A stretch of 64,000 nt of DNA. It comes from Candidatus Eiseniibacteriota bacterium (lineage in GTDB: Bacteria > Eisenbacteria > RBG-16-71-46 > CAVPCR01). Positions 39,133 through 51,278 of this stretch are shown here, piece after piece; the first letter of the stretch is position 1; every line of letters begins with the position of its first letter. The notes below the pieces were generated by a model. That model was not told the DNA's origin, made no database searches, and saw only the letters and a list, made by a program, of their open reading frames with translations. The DNA is taken from contig CAWGMA010000001.1 in NCBI GenBank assembly GCA_963823555.1, forward strand, positions 608,001 to 672,000, in the 5' to 3' direction. The translations under genes were made by a program, and so were the position numbers.

Positions 39133-42100
39133 ATGAGCATCCTACTCGATGTGCAGTCCGAGTTCAGCCTGCCCGAAGGAGGCGCCGCGGTCGAGGCGCT
39201 GGTCCGGCGTGCGGCCGCACTCGGGATCCGCGGTCTGGCCCTTGCCGACCGCGGCACCCTGGTGGCGGCTCCGGTCTTCGTGCGTGCCGCCCGCGCCGCG
39301 GGGATCGAGCCTCGGGTCGGCGTACGCTGCCGGGTGCAGGGAACATCGGGGCTCGATGTGCTGATCTTTCCCCGAGACGCCCGAGCCTGGCCCGTGCTCG
39401 CCGAGTTCGCCCGCCGGGGCGAGGTCGCCCCGCAGGAGCTGTCGACCATTGGCGGCGAGGCGGTTTCAGAGCAGCGCCTCCGGGTCCTTGCCGTGCTGCA
39501 CCCCGCCGCCGATCACGGGAGTGATGCGGAGATTCCAGCGCCGGGCGCGGCCCGTATCTCCGATCGCGATGCGGTATCCCGGCTCGCCACGGCCTTGCGC
39601 GCGCTGCGTTCCGCAGTCGGATCATCAGGACTCGCCCTCGCGCTGCCCGATCTTCGCGATTCCGCTTTGCTGGTCGAGCTGGGCCGTGACCTCGCCCTCC
39701 GTTGCGTGCTTGCACCGCCGGTTCACATCGTGGAGGTCGAGGATGCGCTGCTTCACCGTCTGCTCGTGATGATCCGGGGGGACCACGAGAGTGGAGGGAG
39801 CACGCCACGGCCCGGCCGACCGGTCTTCGAGCCCGGAGCGCTTGGTACCGCGGCATCCATCCTCGGCCGGGAGCTCGCTCCAGATGCGGAGCGTTTCTTC
39901 GCCGAGCTGGCGGTGCCAGACGAGTTCGTCGAGCCCCCGCTGCCAGACCTGGTGGCGGATGCGGAGGCGATCGCGGCGCTTCGTCATCGCGTCCTGGCCA
40001 TGTGTGCGGCTCAACGCCGGTTGCCGCCCGAATCCGTGCTCACTGCGGAGCTCGAAGCGATCGCCCGCCGCGGGGCTCTGGTTCCTCTGGCGAAGCTGGC
40101 CGAAGCGCTGCGGGCGCTCGGCGATCGGGTGCACCTGGGTGTGGATCCGGGATGGTGCGAAAGCTGGGTGGGCTGGGCTCTGGGCCTGACCACGGCGCCA
40201 CCGCGCGTGGCTGCTGCTCCGCCGGGCTGGGTCGATGGCCATGGTCCGCTGCCGCCTGTCACCGTCGAGATGGGTGAAGCAGGTGCGCGTGCCCTGCTCG
40301 CCCTGCTCGAGATCGCCGGAGCGCAGGAGCCCCGGGTCGCGATCCGGCTCGGTCCCGGGGAGGCCGTGCGCTGGTTGGCCACGGAGCGCGGATACGATTC
40401 CTCCTCGTTACGGCGGATCGCGGCTCTGGTGGCCGGCCGATCGCCGGCCCGGGAGCGGGCGCCCGCAGGATCCCGGAGGCTCGTCGCCGTGGCTGCGCAG
40501 CTCGCCGGGCGCATCATCGATCTGGCCGGTGACGCCACCATTCGCGTCTGGTCGCCGCTCTCGATAGCTGGGCGGGAGATTGATCGACTCACCGCCGATG
40601 CGACCGCGGCCGGCGGGTTGGCAGTGGGCGTCCGCTCCACACCGACTCTCTCGCTCCTCGAGCGGGCGGCCGTGAGTGGTCGCCGGTTGGCCGCGGGCGG
40701 TGCCGAACCGGTTCCCTGGTCGGAGCTGGCGGACCTACTGGCCGGACCTCTGGCCGGACGCGGGGGGGCCGCTTTCGCCCACTTGCTCCGCCAACGTCAG
40801 CCGGCCACGGTCCCCGATCTGGCGCGCGCTCTCGCTCTCGCCCGCCGCGCCCCCGATGCGCCGGCCCCGCATGTGCCCCAGATGACCGGGAGGGAAGCGC
40901 CTGCGTCTCCCGCGCGCCCCGGCACGCGCCCGGAGATCCTCTTCCATTCCGATGCCTCGTCTGCGTTGCGGCGCGCGGGAGTGGGGGAAGAGACGGCCGG
41001 CGAGCTGCTGCGCCGCGCGGCTGAAGGACGCGGTGGTCCGATGGCGGCGATGAGAGCCGATCTCGTCCGCGATCTCGAAGCGGCTGGCGGGTCCGGAGAA
41101 CGAGCCGAGGCGATCCTCGGCGCTCTTGTGCGCATCGTCCCGCATCTCGAGAGCGAGGGGCCGTGGCTCGCCCGGGCGCAGGCCCTTTCGCTGCTCGCCG
41201 ATCTTGCCGCACGCTCGCCGGAGGTCCTGGCACCGGCCATGGCGGATCTCCTTCCCGATCGACTGCCGTCCATCACAACCTGGGCCAAGCCGCTCAAGAT
41301 CGGCTTTCTCCGCCCTGATCTGAACTCGAGCGCCGTTGATTCCCGGGCCAGTGGCGCCCACGGCGAGACGAGGCTCATCCGGCTGGGGCTCCTTCACCTG
41401 CCGGGCGTGGACCGTGCCACCGCCGAGGTCCTGGCGGGCCTGCGCGCCGAGGCCCCGTTCTCCGATCGTGAGGATGTCGTGCGCCGGCTTCGCCACCGGA
41501 TCCCGGAGCAGCGGCTGCGCGCACTGCTCGGGAATGCCGCTCGTGGGGAGATGATCGCGGGGCAGGAAGCCGGATCGAGACCCAGCATGGCGTTGCGAGC
41601 GCAGCGCGAGCGCGTATCCGCACGCCGTTCCATCCATCCCCCGCGCCGCGGTCACGCCACCGTCGAACCCCTGGGAGATGCCATGCAGTTCGAGCTCTTT
41701 TCCGGACCCGCGGAGCGCCAGCGCATCTACACACCGACCCTGGCGCGCCACGGCATTCTGCGACTCGATCGGGTGGTGGCCACAGCGGAGGGAAGCCGTG
41801 TGCGGACCGTGGGTGTGATCCGCAGTCTGAGTGGCCTCGTGACCCGGGCTGGAAGGCGACTGGCTCGCGGGAGCCTGGAGGATGGTGGCGGCGCTGTCGA
41901 TCTCTTGCTCCTGCCCACGCTCTTCGACACCGCCGAGGATGTTCCGCTCGGCCGGCCGGTCGTGGTGGCGGGCCGCGTGAGCTTGCGCGAGGGCCGAGTC
42001 GAGCTCGTCGTCGAGAGCGCCATTCCACTCGAGCTCCTGGCTCAGGTGGAACAACCGCCGCTCGAGATTCTCTTGCCGCAAGGGTTTCGCCGCCTGCGCG

Positions 42101-42345
42101 CCCTCAAGCTGCGCTTGCTGAAGAGCCCGGGGCGATCGCCAGTGCACGTGCGCGCGCGATCCGGTGAACGAGCCCAGGTGGCAGCTCTTGGCCTGGGCCG
42201 CCTCGGAGTGACGGTGGATGATGGTCTGCTCGAGGACCTGAGGGTCCTTGTCGGCTCGGAGAGCGTGCGGCTCGTTGGCCCCGCTGGCGAGCGGGCAGCA
42301 CCGATGACAGAGACGGATCTACGCACCGCGGCTGGTGCGGCCTGA
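39133..42345 (+). CDS. Full-length, catalytically degenerate DNA polymerase III alpha (DnaE) homolog
   Basis: PHP-like N-terminus (DVQSEFSL, LALADRG, GIEPRVG), PDLNSS, HhH (IRLGLLHLPGV), QFELF, OB fold, C-terminal domain; catalytic Asp motifs replaced. Confidence 0.8.
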   Translation: MSILLDVQSEFSLPEGGAAVEALVRRAAALGIRGLALADRGTLVAAPVFVRAARAAGIEPRVGVRCRVQGTSGLDVLIFPRDARAWPVLAEFARRGEVAPQELSTIGGEAVSEQRLRVLAVLHPAADHGSDAEIPAPGAARISDRDAVSRLATALRALRSAVGSSGLALALPDLRDSALLVELGRDLALRCVLAPPVHIVEVEDALLHRLLVMIRGDHESGGSTPRPGRPVFEPGALGTAASILGRELAPDAERFFAELAVPDEFVEPPLPDLVADAEAIAALRHRVLAMCAAQRRLPPESVLTAELEAIARRGALVPLAKLAEALRALGDRVHLGVDPGWCESWVGWALGLTTAPPRVAAAPPGWVDGHGPLPPVTVEMGEAGARALLALLEIAGAQEPRVAIRLGPGEAVRWLATERGYDSSSLRRIAALVAGRSPARERAPAGSRRLVAVAAQLAGRIIDLAGDATIRVWSPLSIAGREIDRLTADATAAGGLAVGVRSTPTLSLLERAAVSGRRLAAGGAEPVPWSELADLLAGPLAGRGGAAFAHLLRQRQPATVPDLARALALARRAPDAPAPHVPQMTGREAPASPARPGTRPEILFHSDASSALRRAGVGEETAGELLRRAAEGRGGPMAAMRADLVRDLEAAGGSGERAEAILGALVRIVPHLESEGPWLARAQALSLLADLAARSPEVLAPAMADLLPDRLPSITTWAKPLKIGFLRPDLNSSAVDSRASGAHGETRLIRLGLLHLPGVDRATAEVLAGLRAEAPFSDREDVVRRLRHRIPEQRLRALLGNAARGEMIAGQEAGSRPSMALRAQRERVSARRSIHPPRRGHATVEPLGDAMQFELFSGPAERQRIYTPTLARHGILRLDRVVATAEGSRVRTVGVIRSLSGLVTRAGRRLARGSLEDGGGAVDLLLLPTLFDTAEDVPLGRPVVVAGRVSLREGRVELVVESAIPLELLAQVEQPPLEILLPQGFRRLRALKLRLLKSPGRSPVHVRARSGERAQVAALGLGRLGVTVDDGLLEDLRVLVGSESVRLVGPAGERAAPMTETDLRTAAGAA

Positions 42346-42369
42346 TCAGCCTGACCGGATGGAGGAATC

Positions 42370-43008
42370 ATGAGAGAAGATCTGACCGATCGCCAGCGGG
42401 AGGTTTACGACTTCCTCGTCGGCTTCTGGCAATCTCGCGGTTATCCGCCATCGATTCGCGAGGTGGCGAGTCATTTCGGATTCCGCTCGACACGCGCAGT
42501 CGTTGACCACCTCGGTGCGCTCGAGCGCAAGGGGTGGATCGTGCGCACGCGGGAACGCTCGCGCGCGATCGAGTTCCCCCTGGCGCGGATCTCGGGAGGG
42601 AGCGCTGCCGTCAGGGAGTCCGATCAGGTCATGGTGCTCCCGGTCGTGGGCCGCATAGCCGCCGGCGAGCCCATTCTCGCCGTCGAGAACATTGTCGACG
42701 AGATCTCGCTCGATCGGTCCTGGGTGCGAGGCCAGCGCCCCTTCCTGCTCAAGGTCGTTGGGGATTCCATGCGCGACGCCGGGATCCTCGATGGGGATTA
42801 CGTCCTCGTGAATGGCGAGGACAGGGCCGACGATGGGGACATCGTGGCTGCGATCATCGAGGACGAGGCCACCGTCAAGCGGCTGCGCAAGAACCGCGGC
42901 GAGGTCCTGCTCGAGCCGGCGAACCCGGCCTACTCGCCGATCCCGGTGCGGAGCGACCAGTCGTTCCAGCTCGTGGGCAAGGTGATCGGCGTCTTCCGCA
43001 AGCTGTAG
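42370..43008 (+). CDS. lexA: SOS repressor LexA
   Basis: LTDRQ, PPSIRE, IAAG cleavage site, GDSM (Ser), ATVKR (Lys); GGAGG RBS. Confidence 0.96.
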   Translation: MREDLTDRQREVYDFLVGFWQSRGYPPSIREVASHFGFRSTRAVVDHLGALERKGWIVRTRERSRAIEFPLARISGGSAAVRESDQVMVLPVVGRIAAGEPILAVENIVDEISLDRSWVRGQRPFLLKVVGDSMRDAGILDGDYVLVNGEDRADDGDIVAAIIEDEATVKRLRKNRGEVLLEPANPAYSPIPVRSDQSFQLVGKVIGVFRKL

Positions 43009-43072
43009 CGCGGGAAACGCCAAGGCGACTCGTCGGGCTGGAATGCCGCCGGGGGCCTGGCCTGCCTCCTGG

Positions 43073-43101
43073 TTGACGGCCTCGATCGCGGCCGCTATAG
43101 T
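43073..43101 (+). promoter_or_regulatory. sigma70 promoter of the tRNA gene
   Basis: TTGACG-17-TATAGT. Confidence 0.7.
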
Positions 43102-43175
43102 GCCTCTCCCTGCACTCGGGTGCGGCCCGTGCTCTGGCTTGCGGCCAGCGCTCCGAGTGGCACGCCAACCTCTTC

Positions 43176-43253
43176 GTCCCCATCGTCTAGCCTGGCCTAG
43201 GACACCGGCCTTTCACGCCGGTAACACGGGTTCAAATCCCGTTGGGGACACCA
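43176..43253 (+). tRNA. tRNA-Glu (anticodon TTC)
   Basis: GTCCCCA acceptor stem, CCGGC-CTTTCAC-GCCGG anticodon arm, GGTTCAAATCC, encoded CCA. Confidence 0.97.
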
Positions 43254-43361
43254 CCCTTCATCCCCTCACCGCCTTGTTGGCTCGACGGTGGTTCCAGGAG
43301 GCTCGTGTCAGGCGGGCCCACCAGGTGGATGGGTGGTTTCCCCGGCCTCTAGGCAGGCACA

Positions 43362-43397
43362 GAAGACCCGGTTGCCCACTGGGGCAACCGGGTCTTC
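43362..43397. terminator. 16-bp perfect hairpin between convergent transcripts
   Basis: GAAGACCCGGTTGCCC-ACTG-GGGCAACCGGGTCTTC. Confidence 0.7.
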
Positions 43398-43416
43398 CTT
43401 GGTGAGTGCCCAGGGT

Positions 43417-44067
43417 CTAGTCGTTGTAGAACGACTTGATGACGCCCCAGGTGGCAGGCTCGACCGGCGTGGCATCACAGGGCCAGGCGTCGGCGCCAGC
43501 GAGTGTCAGTTCGTAATCGCAACCGATCTCGCCGGGGTTCGTCGTGTGAACGACCATCACGAGGGTCTGGCCAGGCGGCACGTCGAAGGACATCGTGACC
43601 GGAGTTGGCGGGATGCCGCTGCTCAAACCCGGATCGGCAAGATAGTTGGTGCAGATATTGTTCGGGTCGAAGCTGCCCAGGTAGGCGTTCGCCTGCAGAT
43701 TGCAGTTTTCCTGGGTCAGGACCAGCAACTGCATCTGCACGCAAGTCGTGGTGGCGCAGTTGTTGCGGATTGCGTACGCGTCGTAGGCACGGCCCGGGTC
43801 GGTGAGGAAGATGTCACAGACCTTCGGAGCACCGCAGGCACTCGCGATGCCGTTGCGATTGAGGCGGCCTACCTGCTGGCCCGAGTTGGCAGGCCAGCCG
43901 GGAGCGCCGCTCCCCAGGGTGCCGTTGATGACGATCACGTCGTCCGAGTAGATCAGATTCGGATCCGGAATGGGCACATCGCCGTCTGTCTGGTCATAAG
44001 CGATGGCTCCCGCCGGGACTAGGGTGACTAGGGCAACAGCCACCGTGAGAATCGATAGCCTCTGCAT
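43417..44067 (-). CDS. Secreted Cys-rich hypothetical protein with C-terminal TWGxIK motif
   Basis: Signal peptide, AAGGAGG RBS, ends TPVEPATWGVIKSFYND. Confidence 0.8.
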   Translation of the reverse strand: MQRLSILTVAVALVTLVPAGAIAYDQTDGDVPIPDPNLIYSDDVIVINGTLGSGAPGWPANSGQQVGRLNRNGIASACGAPKVCDIFLTDPGRAYDAYAIRNNCATTTCVQMQLLVLTQENCNLQANAYLGSFDPNNICTNYLADPGLSSGIPPTPVTMSFDVPPGQTLVMVVHTTNPGEIGCDYELTLAGADAWPCDATPVEPATWGVIKSFYND

Positions 44068-44504
44068 GGGGTGGGCCTCCTTGAGGAATAGAGGTGTTCG
44101 GGACAGGCCAATTTGCTTGGCCAGTAGATGTCGCAGCGTACCTCAATCGAGGTTACAACTCAAGTCCTATCATCAGGATAACGTTGGACCGGCTGAGGCG
44201 TTTGCCTGTAATGCAGGTTCATCATGTCATGAACAAGTGAGCTGTGTTTCCGGCGTTCGCCTGCAACCTCAATGCTGATTGTCATTCCAGGAGAGGAGGA
44301 GCCCACGACTGATGGTTGGCCGATCTCATCGCTCGCGTCTCTGTGGAAGTGAGGAGGCGCGGGCTAGGCCACAGCAGTCCCTCTTGATCAGATCGGTCCA
44401 TTCCTGAGCCCCGCGTGCTTCACTTTGCGGTCACATCCGGGCCGGTGGCGACGTATGTCCGTTGTCAGGGATCCTCCTGGCTTCCACTGGATGGAGGTTT
44501 TGTG

Positions 44505-45611
44505 ATGCAGAAGTGGATCATCCTTGTTGCCGCAATCGGTTTGGCCGTCGCCGGTTGCGCCGGAGACCAGGTTGCCACCGGACCCGTTGGTGCCGAACTG
44601 GGACGCGGCGACGAATACAGTCTTGGTCGGGCGATGCCCATTGTCGCCCGCGGGCGAGTGGTCGTTGCCAATCGAGCCTCCGGCACGATCTCGGTGATCG
44701 ACACCAAGACGGATCAGGTCGTCGGCACCCATGAGCTTCCGGCCGAGATGGGGGAGCCGACTCCCGAGCCGATGTACGTGGTCCCGACCTCGACGCACCG
44801 CCGGGTCTTCGTCGGGGACCGGGCCAACAATCGCGTGGCCGTCTTCGATGCCCGTTCGTTCAAGGTGGAGGGGACCGTGGCCGCCGGCAACGGCGTCTTC
44901 CACATGTGGGCCGATCCCCAGGGCCGGCAGCTCTGGGTCAACAATGACATCGACAATACATCGACCGTGATCGATCCGGGCACACTCACCGTGATCGCCA
45001 CGGTGCCGACTCCGGCCGACCTCGTGGCTCTGGGCGGCAAGCCGCACGATGTCATCCTCGCTCCGGACGGGATGTATGCGTACGTGACCGTCCTCGGCGT
45101 CGCCGGGGCCAACGACTACGTGGTTCAGTTCGACACTTCGACCTTCAGCGAAGTGGCGAGGGCTGCGGTGGGGAAGGATCCCCACGTCTCGCTGGCCCGC
45201 CAGAACGATTGGCTCTACGTCCCCTGCCAGAACAGCGATGTCGTCATCATCCTCAACCGCTTCACGATGGCGATGGAGAGCAGCGTCACCGTCCCGGGTG
45301 CGCACGGAGCGGGCATGGCGCAGAATGGCCGCTACTTCTACACGGCGAACCTGCCGGGCGGCGGCAGCGACGCGCTCTTCACGATCGATACCAGTACCAA
45401 CTCGGTCGTCGGCGATGCGGTGGACAGCCCGTATCCGGTACCGCACAACATCGCCCTGACCTCGAGCAGCCACCGGCTCTACCTCACGCATTCCGGAGGC
45501 ACTTCGGACAAGGTGACAGTCTACGCGATCAGCAGTCAGAGTCCGGTTCCGGTCTTCATGGCCGAAGTGACCGTGGGCTTGAATCCCTTCGGTATCGCCT
45601 ACTTGCCTTGA
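44505..45611 (+). CDS. YVTN/YncE-like beta-propeller lipoprotein
   Basis: Lipobox VAGC; VANRASGTISVID, AYVTV, PHDV/PHNI repeats. Confidence 0.85.
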   Translation: MQKWIILVAAIGLAVAGCAGDQVATGPVGAELGRGDEYSLGRAMPIVARGRVVVANRASGTISVIDTKTDQVVGTHELPAEMGEPTPEPMYVVPTSTHRRVFVGDRANNRVAVFDARSFKVEGTVAAGNGVFHMWADPQGRQLWVNNDIDNTSTVIDPGTLTVIATVPTPADLVALGGKPHDVILAPDGMYAYVTVLGVAGANDYVVQFDTSTFSEVARAAVGKDPHVSLARQNDWLYVPCQNSDVVIILNRFTMAMESSVTVPGAHGAGMAQNGRYFYTANLPGGGSDALFTIDTSTNSVVGDAVDSPYPVPHNIALTSSSHRLYLTHSGGTSDKVTVYAISSQSPVPVFMAEVTVGLNPFGIAYLP

Positions 45612-45630
45612 TCGACCGCCAAGAAGGAGC

Positions 45631-45658
45631 AGGGGCCATCTCGCAAGAGGTGGCCCCT
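45631..45658. terminator. Hairpin between convergent genes
   Basis: AGGGGCCATCTC-GCAA-GAGGTGGCCCCT. Confidence 0.65.
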
Positions 45659-45676
45659 CGTCATTCCCGGGCGCTG

Positions 45677-47347
45677 TCAGGGCATGATCACGACGCGCAC
45701 TACCGCAGACGCATCCGATCCGCCTGTTGCTCGCAAGAAGTAGATCCCGGAAGCGAAGCGCCGCCCGGCGAACACATCGCTCCAGGCGAGGGCATGGCGG
45801 CCGCTCGCCAGGGGCTCGAGATCCCGCCTCGCCGCGAGCCGTCCGGTCGCGTCGTAGAGCTCGAGTGCGAGCGGGGTCCGGCCCTCGCTCGTCCACTCGA
45901 TCTTCCCGTCGCCGAAGAGCGGATTGGGCGCCACACGGAGTCCGTGGGGGACCGGCGGGGCGCCGCCTGCCATCGCCGCCGAACCGCAGCCCTCGGGGAA
46001 GGCGCCGATGAGCGCGCAGCCGGGTGGCGAGTTGGCCGGTGCGCAGGGGGAGGACGCATCGATCCGGAAGTCGCCGCCGGCGGCATTGCAGAACATGGGA
46101 TCGGCGGCGAAGTTCCCATCCTGGCCGAGCTGGTCGGCCAGGCAGCCCACCCAGTCGCCCCCGGCATTGCCGAAGACATCCGAGCATGCTACATCGGCGC
46201 TCGAGCCGGGCTCGCAGTAGATGGCCTCGCCGGCGGTGCCGAAGGCGATGATCGAACGTTCGACCACCGCGGCTGAAGGGCCGTCGGTCGCTCCGACATA
46301 GATCCCTCCACCAAGCGGGCACGAGTTGCCATGGAAGGTCGAGCTCCGGATGATCGGCATCGAACCGTAGCTCAAGAGCCCGCCCCCGGCTTCGACCGCC
46401 GAGTTGCCGGCAAAGAGGGCGCGCTCCAGGACCGGAGCCGACGCAGACATGAAGAGCCCGCCGCCGCGCGATGGGCTCGTGTTCTCGATGAAGCGGCAAT
46501 CGGTGAACTCGGGGTCGGTGTCGAGGATGAACGCCCCGCCACCCGCGCTCGTCGCCGAGTTCCCGGTGAATGTCGAACGGGTGACCCGGAGCACCGTCGT
46601 CACGCCGCCGGTGGCGAGGCCACCGCCCCAGGATCGCGCCGCATTCGCGGTAAACGTGCAATCGACGAGGTTCGCGATGGCGCCGCCGCCCACCCAGACC
46701 CCGCCGCCGCGCTTCGATGCATTGCGCTCGAAGCTCGAGTTCGTGACCGTTGCGTTGGAGAGCCGGTCGATCCAGAGGCCGCCGCCATATCCGGCATAGT
46801 CGGAGTTTCCGTCCCCGATGTTCTCGGAGAAGGTGCAGTCGGTGATGACGACCATCGAGCGGTTGCACCAGATGCCGCCGCCGGCGTCACCCCGGCTGTT
46901 CTGGAACACGCAGTTCTCGAAGCTGGCGCCGGCATCGCTCATGAGGACAGCGCCTGCTTCGCCGTCGGCGAAAGCATTGGTAACTGTGAAGCCGACGATA
47001 CGGCAGGCAATCGTCTCGTGCCGCATCAAGAGGAAGCCCCTGCCTTGCTGCTCGCAATCGATGATGGTCGATGCCGGGCCTTCGCTGGCGAAGAGGATGA
47101 GGTCCTTGCCTCCGAGGTCGAGGTCGCGGTTCGCAGGACCGGTGTAGGTCCCGGCGGCGACGACCAGCGAATCGCCGGGGACAGCGATGTTGATGGCGGC
47201 CTGGATCGTCGGCTGGTCTTCCGGGACGCGGATCGTGGTGGCGCCGGCCGGGCCGGCGCCGATCATGAGGAAGAAACTCAAAGTGAGGAGAGTTGCGGCC
47301 GGTGCAAGCACGCTGGCCGTGGAGGGTCGAAGCCCTGCGGTCGCCAT
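45677..47347 (-). CDS. Secreted right-handed beta-helix protein with FlgD-Ig/T9SS-like C-terminus
   Basis: VPEDQPTIQAAI, repeated FxxNxA...GGG motifs, SSPC, PNP...YDATGR...GIYFL. Confidence 0.8.
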   Translation of the reverse strand: MATAGLRPSTASVLAPAATLLTLSFFLMIGAGPAGATTIRVPEDQPTIQAAINIAVPGDSLVVAAGTYTGPANRDLDLGGKDLILFASEGPASTIIDCEQQGRGFLLMRHETIACRIVGFTVTNAFADGEAGAVLMSDAGASFENCVFQNSRGDAGGGIWCNRSMVVITDCTFSENIGDGNSDYAGYGGGLWIDRLSNATVTNSSFERNASKRGGGVWVGGGAIANLVDCTFTANAARSWGGGLATGGVTTVLRVTRSTFTGNSATSAGGGAFILDTDPEFTDCRFIENTSPSRGGGLFMSASAPVLERALFAGNSAVEAGGGLLSYGSMPIIRSSTFHGNSCPLGGGIYVGATDGPSAAVVERSIIAFGTAGEAIYCEPGSSADVACSDVFGNAGGDWVGCLADQLGQDGNFAADPMFCNAAGGDFRIDASSPCAPANSPPGCALIGAFPEGCGSAAMAGGAPPVPHGLRVAPNPLFGDGKIEWTSEGRTPLALELYDATGRLAARRDLEPLASGRHALAWSDVFAGRRFASGIYFLRATGGSDASAVVRVVIMP

Positions 47348-47429
47348 GGTGCCGTCCTTTCAGAATCGGCCCTTCGGCATGGGGCCAGGCTGGGATGGGC
47401 TTCGAGTATCCCGCCGGGCCCGCCCGCGG

Positions 47430-48614
47430 TCAAACTTGGTTCCCGGACGCCTCTTCGAACATGCCGCGGACGAGGATCCTCCGTTCCCGCACATGCCAGC
47501 GGCCGCGGGCCATCACGTCGCGGATGACGCTCTCCTCGTCGAGCACCACCAGATCAGCGTCGGCGCCCGTGGCGATCCGTCCCTTGGCGTGAAGCCGGAG
47601 GAGAGCAGCCGGATTCGCCGTGAAGGGGGGGAGGACGTCGCCGAGCGCGTGGCCTTGCCGGAGGAGCTCGGCCAGCGTGGCTGCCAGCCCCTCGGGGCGA
47701 CCGACTCCCATGCGCAAGAAGCGTCCCCCGGAATCGAAGACCGGGAGCGAGCCGCCGGCATCGGTCGACACCGTGATCCGGTCCCGGGGGAGACCAGCGC
47801 CCAGGAACTCAGCGATGGCGTGGGCGGCCGGGATCGTCTCGTCACCGCCGGTTCCGACCGGGTAGGCCGTGACATCGATGGTGATTCCGCGCGCGGCAAG
47901 CTCCATCGCCTCCGCGAAGACCGAGCGCCGGCGATTGACATGCGTCGGGTGGAAGACGCTCGGCGGGAGCTCCGTCGAGTCGAGGGCGGCGCGGATGAAC
48001 TCGAGGCCGCGCGCGCCGCCGCCCACGTGGAGGTGCAGGACGCCGGCCTTTCCGGCGAGCATTCCCGCCGTGCGCGCCTCGCCGGCCAGGCGCAGGATCT
48101 CCTCCAGGGTCGGCTGGCTCGATCGGTGGTCACTGATCGCGATCTCGCCGATTCCGATCACGGGTTCGATGAAGGCGATGTCGCCGCGCACGCTGCCGGT
48201 GAGGGTCACGGGCGGGACGTGGTAGCCGCCGGTCCAGCAGTAGGCGGACAGGCCCTCGGTGGCGAGAGCCCGGGTGCGGGCGACGAGGGCCGCGGGCGAT
48301 CGCGTGAGATCGTCGGTGCCGAGGAGCCCGACCACGGTGGTGGTTCCACCGCGCGTGAAGCGCGAGAGGGGAATGGGCGGCACGCTCGACTGCGGTCCGC
48401 CCTCGCCGCCGCCTCCGGTCACATGCACATGGCAGTCGATGAAGCCGGGAAGGAGACGGAGCCCGCCGAGATCGACGATCTCGGCTTCGATGGCGGGAGG
48501 AAGGGTGGGCGGGCTGCTCCCCATCCACACCACTTTCTCGCCGGCCACGAGTAGATGGCGGCGCCCGAGCGGCTCGGGTGCGAAGACATCGGCATCGAGG
48601 AGGAGCGTGAGCAT
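47430..48614 (-). CDS. iadA: Isoaspartyl dipeptidase (beta-aspartyl peptidase)
   Basis: PGFIDCHVHVTGGGGEGG, LLGTD, SDHRSSQP, PTHVNR, STDAGGSLP. Confidence 0.92.
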   Translation of the reverse strand: MLTLLLDADVFAPEPLGRRHLLVAGEKVVWMGSSPPTLPPAIEAEIVDLGGLRLLPGFIDCHVHVTGGGGEGGPQSSVPPIPLSRFTRGGTTTVVGLLGTDDLTRSPAALVARTRALATEGLSAYCWTGGYHVPPVTLTGSVRGDIAFIEPVIGIGEIAISDHRSSQPTLEEILRLAGEARTAGMLAGKAGVLHLHVGGGARGLEFIRAALDSTELPPSVFHPTHVNRRRSVFAEAMELAARGITIDVTAYPVGTGGDETIPAAHAIAEFLGAGLPRDRITVSTDAGGSLPVFDSGGRFLRMGVGRPEGLAATLAELLRQGHALGDVLPPFTANPAALLRLHAKGRIATGADADLVVLDEESVIRDVMARGRWHVRERRILVRGMFEEASGNQV

Positions 48615-48639
48615 CGTCCCCTCCGCTCTCGGGCTCGAG

Positions 48640-51121
<2,482 letters not shown>

Positions 51122-51278
51122 GATCCCCCCATGAAGAAATGCCCGGCCGGGACGACGCTCGCCCCGTAAAGCCCGGCGAGGCCGCAGTTTTTTAGCACGC
51201 GCGGCACGCGGGGTCGAGCACTTCCTTCCCTCTCGCGGTCGAGTGCCCGAAGACCGGTCGAGCGGCGGCCCGTCGCCG

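Noticed and set aside
39133..42345. Calling the ORF an active dnaE or dnaE2
   Set aside because: Catalytic Asp motifs not found and no imuA/imuB nearby.
43108..43170. Hairpin before tRNA-Glu as a second tRNA
   Set aside because: No T-loop or cloverleaf; probably precursor leader structure.
44388..46868. 826-aa minus-strand ORF and similar long overlapping ORFs (e.g. 8371-9756, 21879-23531, 49093-50727)
   Set aside because: Shadow frames of clear genes, expected in high-GC DNA; no motifs.
43254..47400. Possible integrated island after tRNA-Glu
   Set aside because: No integrase and no duplicate of the tRNA 3' end seen; only secreted-protein genes.
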